DNA from: an uncultured Pseudomonadota bacterium | Lineage (GTDB): Bacteria; Pseudomonadota; Gammaproteobacteria; Steroidobacterales; Steroidobacteraceae | DNA length: 64,000 bases | NCBI GenBank assembly: GCA_963833085.1 | Contig: CAWHWV010000008.1 | Span: 36,286-100,285 of the forward strand | Reading direction: 5' to 3' | Shown: piece by piece, positions 37,899-46,652 of the stretch | How the letters are laid out: each line of letters begins with the position of its first letter | How positions within the stretch are numbered: position 1 is the first letter of the stretch | Program-made: the position numbers and the translations under genes | The notes under the pieces: generated by a model | Told to the model about the DNA's origin: nothing | Database searches by the model: none | What the model saw: only the letters and a program-made list of their open reading frames with translations

Positions 37899-38246
37899 TT
37901 ACGCAGCCATCTCGTGCCGAGTCGCGGCGCTCCGGTGTGCTTCGGCGGCGGCATGGGCCAGTGCTTCGTGCGCCCCCGGCATTTGCAGGGCCCGTGCGCG
38001 CCTCATCCAGCGCCAGACGCGGTAGCGCTGTTCCCGACTTCGCCCGTGAGTGCTCCATTGCACGTCCGTCGCGTAGCGGTCGCCGCCGGCGTCGAAGCCG
38101 CGCTTTGTGGTAGTCAGCATGTCGATGCTCGCGATGCCCGCAGAGATAAGCTCCGACATCAGGCCGATGTAGCACAAGCCGACAGTCGGGCTATGCGGCG
38201 CAAAAGGCCGCACGGACACGCGCAGTGGCGGCAGGTCAGGAACCAA
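37899..38246 (-). CDS. hypothetical protein
   Basis: An ORF only, with a possible start at MSELISAGIASIDML. No family recognised. Confidence 0.3.
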   Translation of the reverse strand: MVPDLPPLRVSVRPFAPHSPTVGLCYIGLMSELISAGIASIDMLTTTKRGFDAGGDRYATDVQWSTHGRSREQRYRVWRWMRRARALQMPGAHEALAHAAAEAHRSAATRHEMAA

Positions 38247-38336
38247 TACGTAATCTCTGACGGCTCACAAGCTCACCCCCCTCACACGCGGAGTCGCTCG
38301 CCGGCCCCAGCACCGGCGAGCCCCCGCTGCGACCCG

Positions 38337-39656
38337 CTATTCTCCCTCTGCTCCGATCGCGTAGGCCGTCTCACCATGAACCGCGTCGTCGCCCACCTTC
38401 AGCATCGCATCGTCCATACGCAGCGGCGTGAAGAGAGAGATGACTTTGAGGATGATGAACGTGGCAACGAGGTTGTACACAATGATGAACGCCGCGCCAT
38501 AAATCTGCAGCACGAACTGATGGAAGTTGCCGTACGCCCATCCGGTGACGCTGACTCCGGGCGCATCCTTGCCCGTGCCGATGTACTCGAGCATCTTGGG
38601 GTTGGCGAGAATACCCGTCAGGAGGCCTCCCATGAGGCCGGCACAGCCGTGCGTGGAGAATACGCTCAGCGTATCGTCGACCTTCTGCATGAGCTTCGTC
38701 TTCTGAAGCTTGTTCATGGCGAGCCACGGAATGATGCCCGCGCAGACGCCGATGATGATGGCACCCAAGCCATCCACATAACCTGCGGCGGGGGTAATCG
38801 CCACCAGGCCCGCGATCATGCCGTTGACTGCACCGAGGACGGATGGCTTGCCGTAGGCCAACTTATCCAGCAACGTCCAGATGACCAGGCCGACTGCAGT
38901 GGCCACATTGGTGTTCAACACTGCCGCGCCCGCATCCGCATTGGCGAAGTACGGGTCGCCGCCGTTGAAGCCGTTCCAGCCCAGCCACAGGATCCCGGCA
39001 CCGATCAGTGTGACCAGGAGACTATTGGGCGGAAAATGCTCGCGATCCTGCTGCAGACGTGGGCCGACCATCGCCGCGGCGACGAAGCCCGAAACGCCCG
39101 CCGCAAGGTGAATGACGTAGCCGCCGGAGAAGTCCGCCACACCCATGGTGGCGAGCCAGCCGCCGCCCCACAGGCTGAACGCACCGACGGTATAGACCAG
39201 GGTCATCCAGACAGGGCAGAAGATCACCCACGCCTTGAAGCTCATGCGCCCCAGCACGGAACCGCCGAGAATGATGACGGTGATGGCGGCGAATACGAAT
39301 TGGAAGAAAACGAGGGTCGCCATCGGGAAGGCGAGGGCTGGCATCCCCGCAGCCGCGGCCGGAATGGTCGCCTGACCGGTGGTGAAGACGGCCGACGTTG
39401 CCAGGCCCGGCTTGCCCAGGAACGAGAACCACTGCGGGCCGAACGACATGTTGTAGTCGAAGAGGACCCATACGATGAGCACGGATGCGAAGGCATAGAG
39501 CGTCATGAAAGCCGAATTGATCGCCCATTTCTTCTTGACGATGCCCCCATAGAGGACCATTAGACCGGGGATGCTCTGCAGGCCGACGAAAGTCGCAGCG
39601 GCCAACTGCCAGGCGTTGTCGCCGGTGTCTAACCATTGGGGTGACGGAACTAACAT
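38337..39656 (-). CDS. amt: ammonium transporter
   Basis: 439 aa from the ATG at 39656: MLVPSPQWLDTGDNAWQLAAATFVGLQSIPGLMVLYGG…DFSGGYVIHLAAG…HGCAGLMGGLLTG. The 629-aa track ORF carries an implausible Arg/Pro-rich extension. Confidence 0.95.
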   Translation of the reverse strand: MLVPSPQWLDTGDNAWQLAAATFVGLQSIPGLMVLYGGIVKKKWAINSAFMTLYAFASVLIVWVLFDYNMSFGPQWFSFLGKPGLATSAVFTTGQATIPAAAAGMPALAFPMATLVFFQFVFAAITVIILGGSVLGRMSFKAWVIFCPVWMTLVYTVGAFSLWGGGWLATMGVADFSGGYVIHLAAGVSGFVAAAMVGPRLQQDREHFPPNSLLVTLIGAGILWLGWNGFNGGDPYFANADAGAAVLNTNVATAVGLVIWTLLDKLAYGKPSVLGAVNGMIAGLVAITPAAGYVDGLGAIIIGVCAGIIPWLAMNKLQKTKLMQKVDDTLSVFSTHGCAGLMGGLLTGILANPKMLEYIGTGKDAPGVSVTGWAYGNFHQFVLQIYGAAFIIVYNLVATFIILKVISLFTPLRMDDAMLKVGDDAVHGETAYAIGAEGE

Positions 39657-39780
39657 CTGTATCCCCCTTCCAGGATCATGGTGGTTGTTACTGTTGATGA
39701 TCTGGTCGCATAGGCTCGGGCGCCGGCAGGCACGCGCGAGTGGTCGTCCGTGGAACCGGCGCCCGCGCCACCCAACAGCC

Positions 39781-39796
39781 TGCAACGTGCATGCCA
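39781..39796 (-). promoter_or_regulatory. sigma-54 type -24/-12 promoter upstream of amt
   Basis: The minus strand reads TGGCAT-GCACG-TTGCA (consensus TGGCAC-N5-TTGCW). It lies about 125-140 nt upstream of the amt ATG. Confidence 0.55.
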
Positions 39797-39883
39797 TTCG
39801 TAAGTAACTGAATTTGGGGCGAGGCAATCCGGTTCCGCACCGTTTTGGGCCGCCGCACCCCGCCGCGCGCACGCAAATGGTGC

Positions 39884-42871
39884 ATGGGCTGGTATGCTTG
39901 GTCTGTTCGGGACGCAACCCTATTCGCGAGACCATTGGCTTCCGTGCTTCGCGCTCGGCTCTATCGCTCTGCCTGCAGGGGATCCGTCCTGCTGTTCGCG
40001 TTCCTGGCATATCCGCCGTGCGCCCTCGCCATCGGCCAGCCGCGATACATCGGGGCGACGGCCGTACCGGGCGCGTTTGCTCTGGCGCAGAACGGAACCA
40101 CGGCGAGGCTGTACATAGACGCTGAGGACGATTGGGGCGTGATACATGCGGCGCGCGAATTGCAGGCCGATATCCGACGCGTGACCGGGCTGACGGCGCC
40201 GCTGGCAGAGAACGGGACATTGCCACCGGGTAACGTCGTGCTTCTCGGGACCATCGGCAAGAGTCGCATCATCGACCGGCTGATACGCGAACACATCATC
40301 AACGTCTCCTCCATCCAAGGCAGATGGGAATCGACGCTGACGCAGGTGGTGGACCATCCACTCCCGGGCATTACGCGGGCTCTGGTCATTGCAGGCAGTG
40401 ATCGGCGGGGGACGATCTACGGGATCTACGACCTGTCGCAGGACATAGGTGTCTCGCCCTGGTACTGGTGGGCCGACGTACCGGTACTCCACCGCGATGC
40501 GCTCTACGCAGAGCCTGGTCGGTGGGTGGTCGGGCCGCCAGCGGTGAAGTATCGGGGAATCTTTCTCAATGACGAAGCGCCGGCGCTCACAGGATGGGTG
40601 AACGAGAAGTACGGCGGGTTCAATCATCTCTTCTATACGCGGGTGTTCGACCTGCTGCTGCGGCTGCGGGCGAACTATCTGTGGCCGGCGATGTGGGACA
40701 GCGCCTTTGCGGCCGATGACCCACTGAACGCCAAGCTGGCCAACGACTATGGGATCGTGATGGGAACTTCGCACGAGGAGCCCATGATGTGCGCGGAGAA
40801 GGAGTGGAAGCCGAGCTATGGGCCCTGGAATTACGTGACGAACCGCAGGCGCATCGATGAGTTCTGGCGGCACTGCATGGAGCGCGATGAGAACGACGAA
40901 GAAGTCGTGACGCTGGGTATGCGCGGCCACAACGACACGCCGATGTCAGCGGGCGACAACATCGCGCTCATGGAAAAAATCGTTTCCGACCAGCGCAGGA
41001 TCCTGCAGCAGACGGTGAATCCCGACCTGCGCAAGGTGCCGCAGGTGTGGGCGCTCTACAAAGAAGTACAGACGTACTACGAAAAGGGAATGCGCGTTCC
41101 GGACGACGTGACGCTGCTATGGAGCGACGACAATTGGGGTGACCTGCGGCGCCTGCCGACGCCGGCAGAGCGGAAGCGAAGCGGCGGGGCAGGCATCTAC
41201 TATCACTTCGACTACGTGGGTGGACCACGCTCATACAAGTGGCTGAATACGAATTACCTGCCGAAGATCTGGCAGCAGATGAATCTCGCGTGGAAGTACG
41301 GCGCGACGCGCATCTGGGTGGTGAACGTGGGCGATCTCAAGCCCATGGAGTTCCCGATCTCGTTCTTCCTGGACATGGCGTGGAATCCGGCACGGTTCAA
41401 CCCCGACGATCTGCAGCAATACACGGAGGAGTGGGCCTCTCAGCAGTTCGGGTCGGAGCATGCGGCAGAGATCGCGCATCTGCTGACGGCATATACGAAG
41501 TACAACGGACGGCGCAAGCCGGAACTGCTCGCCCCCGACACCTTCAGTCTGGTCGACTTCGATGAGGCGCAGCGCGTTTATGACGAATGGCAGTCGCTGA
41601 CGCAGGAGGCGGAGAAGGTCAACCAGGAATTGCCCGTGGCTTATGGAGATGCGTACTTCGAGCTGGTGCTGTATCCGCTAGAGGCCTCGGCAATAGTGAA
41701 TGAGCTTTACATCACTGGCGGCGAGAATGCGCTGGATGCGACGCAAGGACGCGTGAGCACGAACGCACTGGCAGAAAAGGCGCGCAAGCTATTTGCGGAA
41801 GACGCGGCACTGACGTACCAGTACAACCACGCGCTGGCGCAGGGAAAGTGGGACCACATGATGGACCAGACTCACATCGGCTACACGTACTGGAACGAGC
41901 CGCCGGTGAACGCGATGCCAGCGGTAACGTGGGTGCAGCCGCTGGCGGGCGGGCACATGGCAGTAGCGGTGCCGGAGTCAGCGTCCGCCTCGGATGGGCG
42001 GTCTCCACCGCTGCAGTTACCGTCATTCGACGACTTCAATCGGCAGACGCGCCCCATCGATATCTTCAATCGGGGCGACCAGCCATTCGAGTGGACGGCG
42101 ACGACGGACCGGCAGTGGATCGAGCTCGGTACGAGCTCCGGCAGCGTAAGCGACGACCAGCGCGTGCAGGTGAGTATCGACTGGGCGAAGGTGCCGATCG
42201 GCCACAGCGAGGGCGATATCGTGATCCGGCAGCAGGGCGGTACGGCGGTGCCGGTGCACGTGACGGTCCTCAAACCGGCCACGCCAACGCGAGAGGGGCT
42301 CGACGGATTTGTGGAGGCGAACCATTACGTTTCCATCAATGCCGCGCATTTCACCGCTGCGACGATGGCGAGCGGTACACGATGGGTGAACATTCCCGAC
42401 TACGGCGAGACCCTCTCGGGAATGACCATCCTCCCAGTCACTGCGGCAAGCTTGCCGCCGCTGAAAGCTGCACCGACACTGGAATACAGGATGTATCTCT
42501 TCGACAGCGGCAAGGTGAGCGTGCAGGCAATCCTCGCGCCGACTCTTGGCTTTGTGCCGGGCCGTGGCTTGCGCTATGCAGTCTCCTTCGACGATCAGGC
42601 GCCGGTGATCGTCGACGCTTTGGCGGATGACTCACAGCAGGCGTGGGCGCGGGCGGTGAGTGACGGCGTGCGCAAGATGACGACGATGCTGCAGGTGGCT
42701 TCGCCGGGCTACCATACACTGAAGTTCCGGATGATCGATCCCGGCATCGTTCTGGAAAAGCTGGTGCTGGGATTTGGAGAGACTCCCTCGAGTTATCTCG
42801 GACCGCCCGAAAGCTACTACCACATCACTTCCTCCATTTCCTCCCACTCCATTTCGTCTCAGGACAAATAA
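39884..42871 (+). CDS. glycoside hydrolase family 115 (xylan alpha-glucuronidase-like)
   Basis: …AGSDRRGTIYGIYDLSQDIGVSPWYWWADVP…YRGIFLNDE…GMRG…, about 1000 aa. The start is ambiguous (TTG at 39845 or ATG at 39884). Confidence 0.85.
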   Translation: MGWYAWSVRDATLFARPLASVLRARLYRSACRGSVLLFAFLAYPPCALAIGQPRYIGATAVPGAFALAQNGTTARLYIDAEDDWGVIHAARELQADIRRVTGLTAPLAENGTLPPGNVVLLGTIGKSRIIDRLIREHIINVSSIQGRWESTLTQVVDHPLPGITRALVIAGSDRRGTIYGIYDLSQDIGVSPWYWWADVPVLHRDALYAEPGRWVVGPPAVKYRGIFLNDEAPALTGWVNEKYGGFNHLFYTRVFDLLLRLRANYLWPAMWDSAFAADDPLNAKLANDYGIVMGTSHEEPMMCAEKEWKPSYGPWNYVTNRRRIDEFWRHCMERDENDEEVVTLGMRGHNDTPMSAGDNIALMEKIVSDQRRILQQTVNPDLRKVPQVWALYKEVQTYYEKGMRVPDDVTLLWSDDNWGDLRRLPTPAERKRSGGAGIYYHFDYVGGPRSYKWLNTNYLPKIWQQMNLAWKYGATRIWVVNVGDLKPMEFPISFFLDMAWNPARFNPDDLQQYTEEWASQQFGSEHAAEIAHLLTAYTKYNGRRKPELLAPDTFSLVDFDEAQRVYDEWQSLTQEAEKVNQELPVAYGDAYFELVLYPLEASAIVNELYITGGENALDATQGRVSTNALAEKARKLFAEDAALTYQYNHALAQGKWDHMMDQTHIGYTYWNEPPVNAMPAVTWVQPLAGGHMAVAVPESASASDGRSPPLQLPSFDDFNRQTRPIDIFNRGDQPFEWTATTDRQWIELGTSSGSVSDDQRVQVSIDWAKVPIGHSEGDIVIRQQGGTAVPVHVTVLKPATPTREGLDGFVEANHYVSINAAHFTAATMASGTRWVNIPDYGETLSGMTILPVTAASLPPLKAAPTLEYRMYLFDSGKVSVQAILAPTLGFVPGRGLRYAVSFDDQAPVIVDALADDSQQAWARAVSDGVRKMTTMLQVASPGYHTLKFRMIDPGIVLEKLVLGFGETPSSYLGPPESYYHITSSISSHSISSQDK

Positions 42872-42873
42872 CA

Positions 42874-43662
42874 ATGCGTAAGCGACGGCTGATACCGATG
42901 GCGGCGCTCGTGGCGCTCTGCATTCCTTTCGCAGCCATGGCCCAGAACTCTCCCGTGCCGCAGAAGCAAGCAGCGCCGGTAGAGCTGACCGTGGCGCCGT
43001 GGCAGTCCGGCGACTATTGGGCCAACTTCGACCAGCAGTTGCTGGTGGACTTCGCCAACCTTGCTCGCTACCGCGCGGAGGACCTCCAATTGGGATCGAA
43101 AGGCACCCACCGGGTCGTATTCATCGGTGACTCGATCACCGAGGCATGGAAGCTGGAGACATCCTTCCCAGGCAGGCCCTACGTCAATCGCGGCATCAGC
43201 GGACAGACTTCCTCGCAGATTCTCCTGCGCTTCCGCCAGGATGCCATCGATCTCCACCCCAGCGTGGTGGTGATCCTGGCCGGTACCAACGACATTGCCG
43301 GCAACACCGGTCCCACGACGTTGGCCCAGATCGAAGGCAACCTCGAATCGATGGCCCAGCTCGGCAGAGCTAATCACATCGCAGTGGTCCTGTGCTCGGT
43401 ACCGCCGTCCGTACGCTACTGGTGGCACCCGCAGCTGGAGAATCCGGCGCCCCGCATCGCCGCGCTGAACAAATGGCTGCAGGCGTACGCCGCGAGAGAG
43501 CAGTACCCCTACGTGAACTATTACGCGGCGATGAAGGATGCTGCGGGCGGATTCAAGCACGGCCTGAGTGCCGACGGTGTGCATCCCGCGCCAGCCGGCT
43601 ACGCAGTGATGGCACCGCTAGCCCAAGCCGGGATCGACGAGGCCCTCAAACAGGCCCGCTGA
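42874..43662 (+). CDS. SGNH/GDSL hydrolase (esterase)
   Basis: A signal peptide, then VVFIGDSITEAW, GISGQTS, LAGTNDI and DGVHP blocks. Confidence 0.85.
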   Translation: MRKRRLIPMAALVALCIPFAAMAQNSPVPQKQAAPVELTVAPWQSGDYWANFDQQLLVDFANLARYRAEDLQLGSKGTHRVVFIGDSITEAWKLETSFPGRPYVNRGISGQTSSQILLRFRQDAIDLHPSVVVILAGTNDIAGNTGPTTLAQIEGNLESMAQLGRANHIAVVLCSVPPSVRYWWHPQLENPAPRIAALNKWLQAYAAREQYPYVNYYAAMKDAAGGFKHGLSADGVHPAPAGYAVMAPLAQAGIDEALKQAR

Positions 43663-43674
43663 CCCCGGCGCTGT

Positions 43675-44346
43675 TCAAAAGAACGTCCAGCTCACCCCGA
43701 CCGACAGCAGGTCAGGATCGCCGCCGCTCTCGTTACCAGTCGCGTTCACGCGCTCGTACTCCAGGCGCCACGCCACGTGGCCGAAGTTCACTTGAGTGCC
43801 GACTCCATACGCAAAGTCCCAGTCCGACGCTGCACCGGCTGAGCTACCGGGGAATGGAGAACATGTGTTCAGGTCACATGCGATCGGCGTGTCGAAGTTC
43901 CACGATTTGTGCAACCGAGCGCCACCAGCCTTCAGATATAGATCCCACCAGGGCCGCAGCGGTATATATCCTACAGCGAAGGCAACGGGCGCATCGGCCG
44001 ACTCATGAAGTCGCGATTCGTCGTTCGACGGGCCCACCTCCGGCGTGTACTCGTAGCGGTGCGCGCTGCCAAAGTCCAGGTATCCGATCTCTGCCCCGAG
44101 GTACGGCAACGGGCGGATGCCCAGGAACGCGTCCCAGCCCTCGGTGCCACGTACCATGCCCACGCCACCGGTATCCACCATTGAATCCTGCCGGATAGTC
44201 GACAGCCCGAGGCCCGCGCCCACGTACACCCCGAGGGGATTGCTCTGCGTAGGACCCTCCTGCGCACTCGCGGAATGCGCGGAGAGGAAGAGAGAGCCTC
44301 CGGCGATGAGGCACCACCCAAAAAACCTTGCCGACTTCGCTGTCAT
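43675..44346 (-). CDS. outer-membrane beta-barrel protein (OmpA-like 8-strand/porin family)
   Basis: The ATG at 44346 gives a signal peptide (…LFLSAHSASA). Also GVYVGAGLGLS and a C-terminal …LLSVGVSWTFF. Confidence 0.8.
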   Translation of the reverse strand: MTAKSARFFGWCLIAGGSLFLSAHSASAQEGPTQSNPLGVYVGAGLGLSTIRQDSMVDTGGVGMVRGTEGWDAFLGIRPLPYLGAEIGYLDFGSAHRYEYTPEVGPSNDESRLHESADAPVAFAVGYIPLRPWWDLYLKAGGARLHKSWNFDTPIACDLNTCSPFPGSSAGAASDWDFAYGVGTQVNFGHVAWRLEYERVNATGNESGGDPDLLSVGVSWTFF

Positions 44347-44733
44347 GTACCCTGCTCCTGAAAGGAGGACCTTTTTGCGCAGAACGCTGCTGTGCCGTGC
44401 CGGTTGACCGCGATTTCGCCTGGACGCGAAGACGTGAACGCAAGCGTCCGCAATATACGTCTCTAATGCGTGCGAAATTGTTATATCCCACTTGACAACG
44501 AGACCTTGATCGGTAAACTGCGCAGCCCTTATGCATCCCAACACACACAATTCACGCCAAGTCACCCGTAATGCGGGCAAATGGCCCAGCAGCATTGGAT
44601 ATCGCCTCAGACGCGATGCGCTGCCGTGCGCGCTCGGGTCGTGTGCGTTCGGATCGGATCGCATGGTTTCGGATTAGCCCTCCAACAAGCTCGGAGGGCT
44701 GATTCAGGCAGCCCTCCGGGACTCTCGACATAA

Positions 44734-44776
44734 CGAGGCCCCGGTCGGCGCTGCCCATCGGGGCCTCGTCGTTTTT
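44734..44776 (+). terminator. intrinsic terminator-like hairpin with a T-run and no obvious upstream gene
   Basis: CGAGGCCCCG-(15 nt)-CGGGGCCTCG followed by TCGTTTTT. Confidence 0.4.
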
Positions 44777-44939
44777 GCGGCCGGCGCCCCGGCAGAATTC
44801 GACGCAGCGCGTTGGCGCTGGGTCGTACAGAGGTCGAGACGGAAGCCGTGTCAGCGGAGCGGGCTCTTGGGTCCCGCCTGGCGCGCTTGCGCTGTGATTT
44901 GCGCTCGCGTGTACCGCACGGTCATTCGGTCTCAACCAC

Positions 44940-45015
44940 AGCAAGTTAGCTCAGTGGTTAGAGCAACGGTCCTATAAACCGTCTGTCGCGGGTTCGACTC
45001 CCGTACTTGTTACCA
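44940..45015 (+). tRNA. tRNA-Ile-like, anticodon UAU, with C at position 33 (atypical)
   Basis: A clean cloverleaf: acceptor AGCAAGT/ACTTGTT, A73, encoded CCA, D arm GCTC-AGTGGTTA-GAGC, anticodon stem ACGGT/ACCGT, loop CCTATAA, T arm GCGGG-TTCGACT-CCCGT. Confidence 0.7.
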
Positions 45016-45354
45016 GCACCTGGTAAGTGCTCAAGTGATGACAGCGGGGCTTCGGCCTCGCATCGAGGTGCCCCGGTGACCTCATCGCAGGAAGCGACAC
45101 GCTTCGGTATCGAGGCGGCGTACAGGAGGAAGCGCGGGCCACAACGCACAGACTGCCTCGAGCAGTTGGGGTGCGCGGCGCCCGAAGCGCTGATCGCGCT
45201 CGGTCGGCATGGTTCTCGCCCGGGGGGCGGAGGACTGTTGCCGTGAGCGGCAGACGGCGTGGGCGGCGCCGCGACCCCCTCCGCCCGCGGTCCGGGCGTG
45301 GGTCGCACCTCGACCTATTTTTGATGTGACTGGATGATGAGAGGAGAAGAAAAC

Positions 45355-46503
45355 ATGTTCGCAATGAAGAGCATCACCATCGCCCAGCACGAGCGTGGCC
45401 TCCTGTTCCGCAACCGGAGCTTCGAGGCTGTTCTCGAGCCGGGCATACACCGGATCTTCGACCCGCTGAAGCGGACGGAGGTGCAGGTTTACGATCTGAC
45501 CGTGCCGGAGTTCGAGCACGCGCGCGTCGACTTCCTCCTGGAGGAAGCGCCTGAGATCGTGGACAAGTACTTTACCGTCGTGCAGATCGGCAGCTCCGAG
45601 GTCGGCGTTGTGTACAAGATCGGGAAGGTGTCCGGCGTGCTCGCGCCGGGCGCCCGACAGCTCTACTGGCGCGGCCCGATCGAAGTGCGAGTCGATCGGC
45701 AGGACATTTCGCGGGAGTTCGAGCTTCCGAAGAGCCTGGCGAAGCTTCTGGTGCGTGCGAAGCAGCCGCTGGCCACCGCTGTGGCCGAAGCTGTAACCGC
45801 GTCTGAGGTACCCGATACGGCGATCGGCCTACTGATCGTCGACGGAGAGCTCATGCAGGTTCTGCAGCCGGGTCTGCACGCCTTCTGGAAGTACCAGCGG
45901 GCGCTGAAGATCGAGCTGGTGGATCGGCGTGTGCAGGCAATGGAGGTTGCGGGACAGGAGATCCTGACTCGCGACAAGGTGAGCCTGCGGGTGAACCTCA
46001 CGGCGCTCTGGCACGTGCTGGATGCCGTGAAGGCGCGCTCGGCCCTCACCAACTTCGTGGAGTTCCTCTACAAGGAGCTGCAGTTCGCGCTGCGTGAGAC
46101 GGTAGGCTCGCGGACCCTCGATGAGCTGCTTGGCGACAAGGGCGCACTCGATCGCGAGATCGGGGGTGCCGTGCGTCCCAAGGTCGAGGAACATGGACTG
46201 GCCGTGCACTCCGTCGGCGTCAAGGATGTGATCCTGCCGGGTGAGATGAAGACCATTCTCAACCAGGTGGTCGAGGCGGAGAAGGTGGCTCAGGCTAACC
46301 TGATCCGCCGCCGCGAGGAGACCGCAGCGACTCGCTCGCTGCTCAACACCGCGCGGCTCATGGATGAGAACCCAACGCTGCTGCGGATGAAGGAGCTGGA
46401 GACGCTGGAAAAGGTTACCGAGAAGATCGACAAGCTCACGGTCTTCGGCGGCCTCGACGGCGTGCTGAAGGACATGGTGCGGATCCAGGTGCCGGGCGCC
46501 TGA
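45355..46503 (+). CDS. SPFH/Band 7 (slipin-like) domain protein
   Basis: A GAGGAGAA RBS precedes the start. Sequence: MFAMKSITIAQHERGLLFRN…EILTRDKVSLRVN…GVKDVILPGEMK…AQANLIRRREETAATRSL. Confidence 0.85.
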   Translation: MFAMKSITIAQHERGLLFRNRSFEAVLEPGIHRIFDPLKRTEVQVYDLTVPEFEHARVDFLLEEAPEIVDKYFTVVQIGSSEVGVVYKIGKVSGVLAPGARQLYWRGPIEVRVDRQDISREFELPKSLAKLLVRAKQPLATAVAEAVTASEVPDTAIGLLIVDGELMQVLQPGLHAFWKYQRALKIELVDRRVQAMEVAGQEILTRDKVSLRVNLTALWHVLDAVKARSALTNFVEFLYKELQFALRETVGSRTLDELLGDKGALDREIGGAVRPKVEEHGLAVHSVGVKDVILPGEMKTILNQVVEAEKVAQANLIRRREETAATRSLLNTARLMDENPTLLRMKELETLEKVTEKIDKLTVFGGLDGVLKDMVRIQVPGA

Positions 46504-46652
46504 GCCGCATCGGTGGCTTCCCGGCGGGCCCTGAAAACCTCAGGGCACGCCGGGCTTTTCTGCGTGCGATCGCACGCTGTTGCCTGGACGCAGCCCAGCG
46601 CATCGTGAGAGCCTTAAGGGAGTAGGGGGCTGCATCCGCCGCGGATCGAACA

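Noticed and set aside
38337-40226. A 629-aa version of the ammonium transporter ORF. Similar long N-terminal extensions occur on bfr, the TonB receptor, the 14181 response regulator, the OMP at 44664 and the TPP enzyme at 49193.
   Set aside because: The extensions are Arg/Pro/Ser-rich and lack homology. Internal starts give canonical N-termini or signal peptides, often with an RBS.
44971-44977. The idea that the odd tRNA (loop CCTATAA, which contains CTA) is an amber suppressor that rescues the TAG in the 2OG oxygenase at 29619.
   Set aside because: With the perfectly paired 5-bp anticodon stem, positions 34-36 are TAT, not CTA. CTA would occupy positions 33-35, so there is no structural support for UAG decoding.
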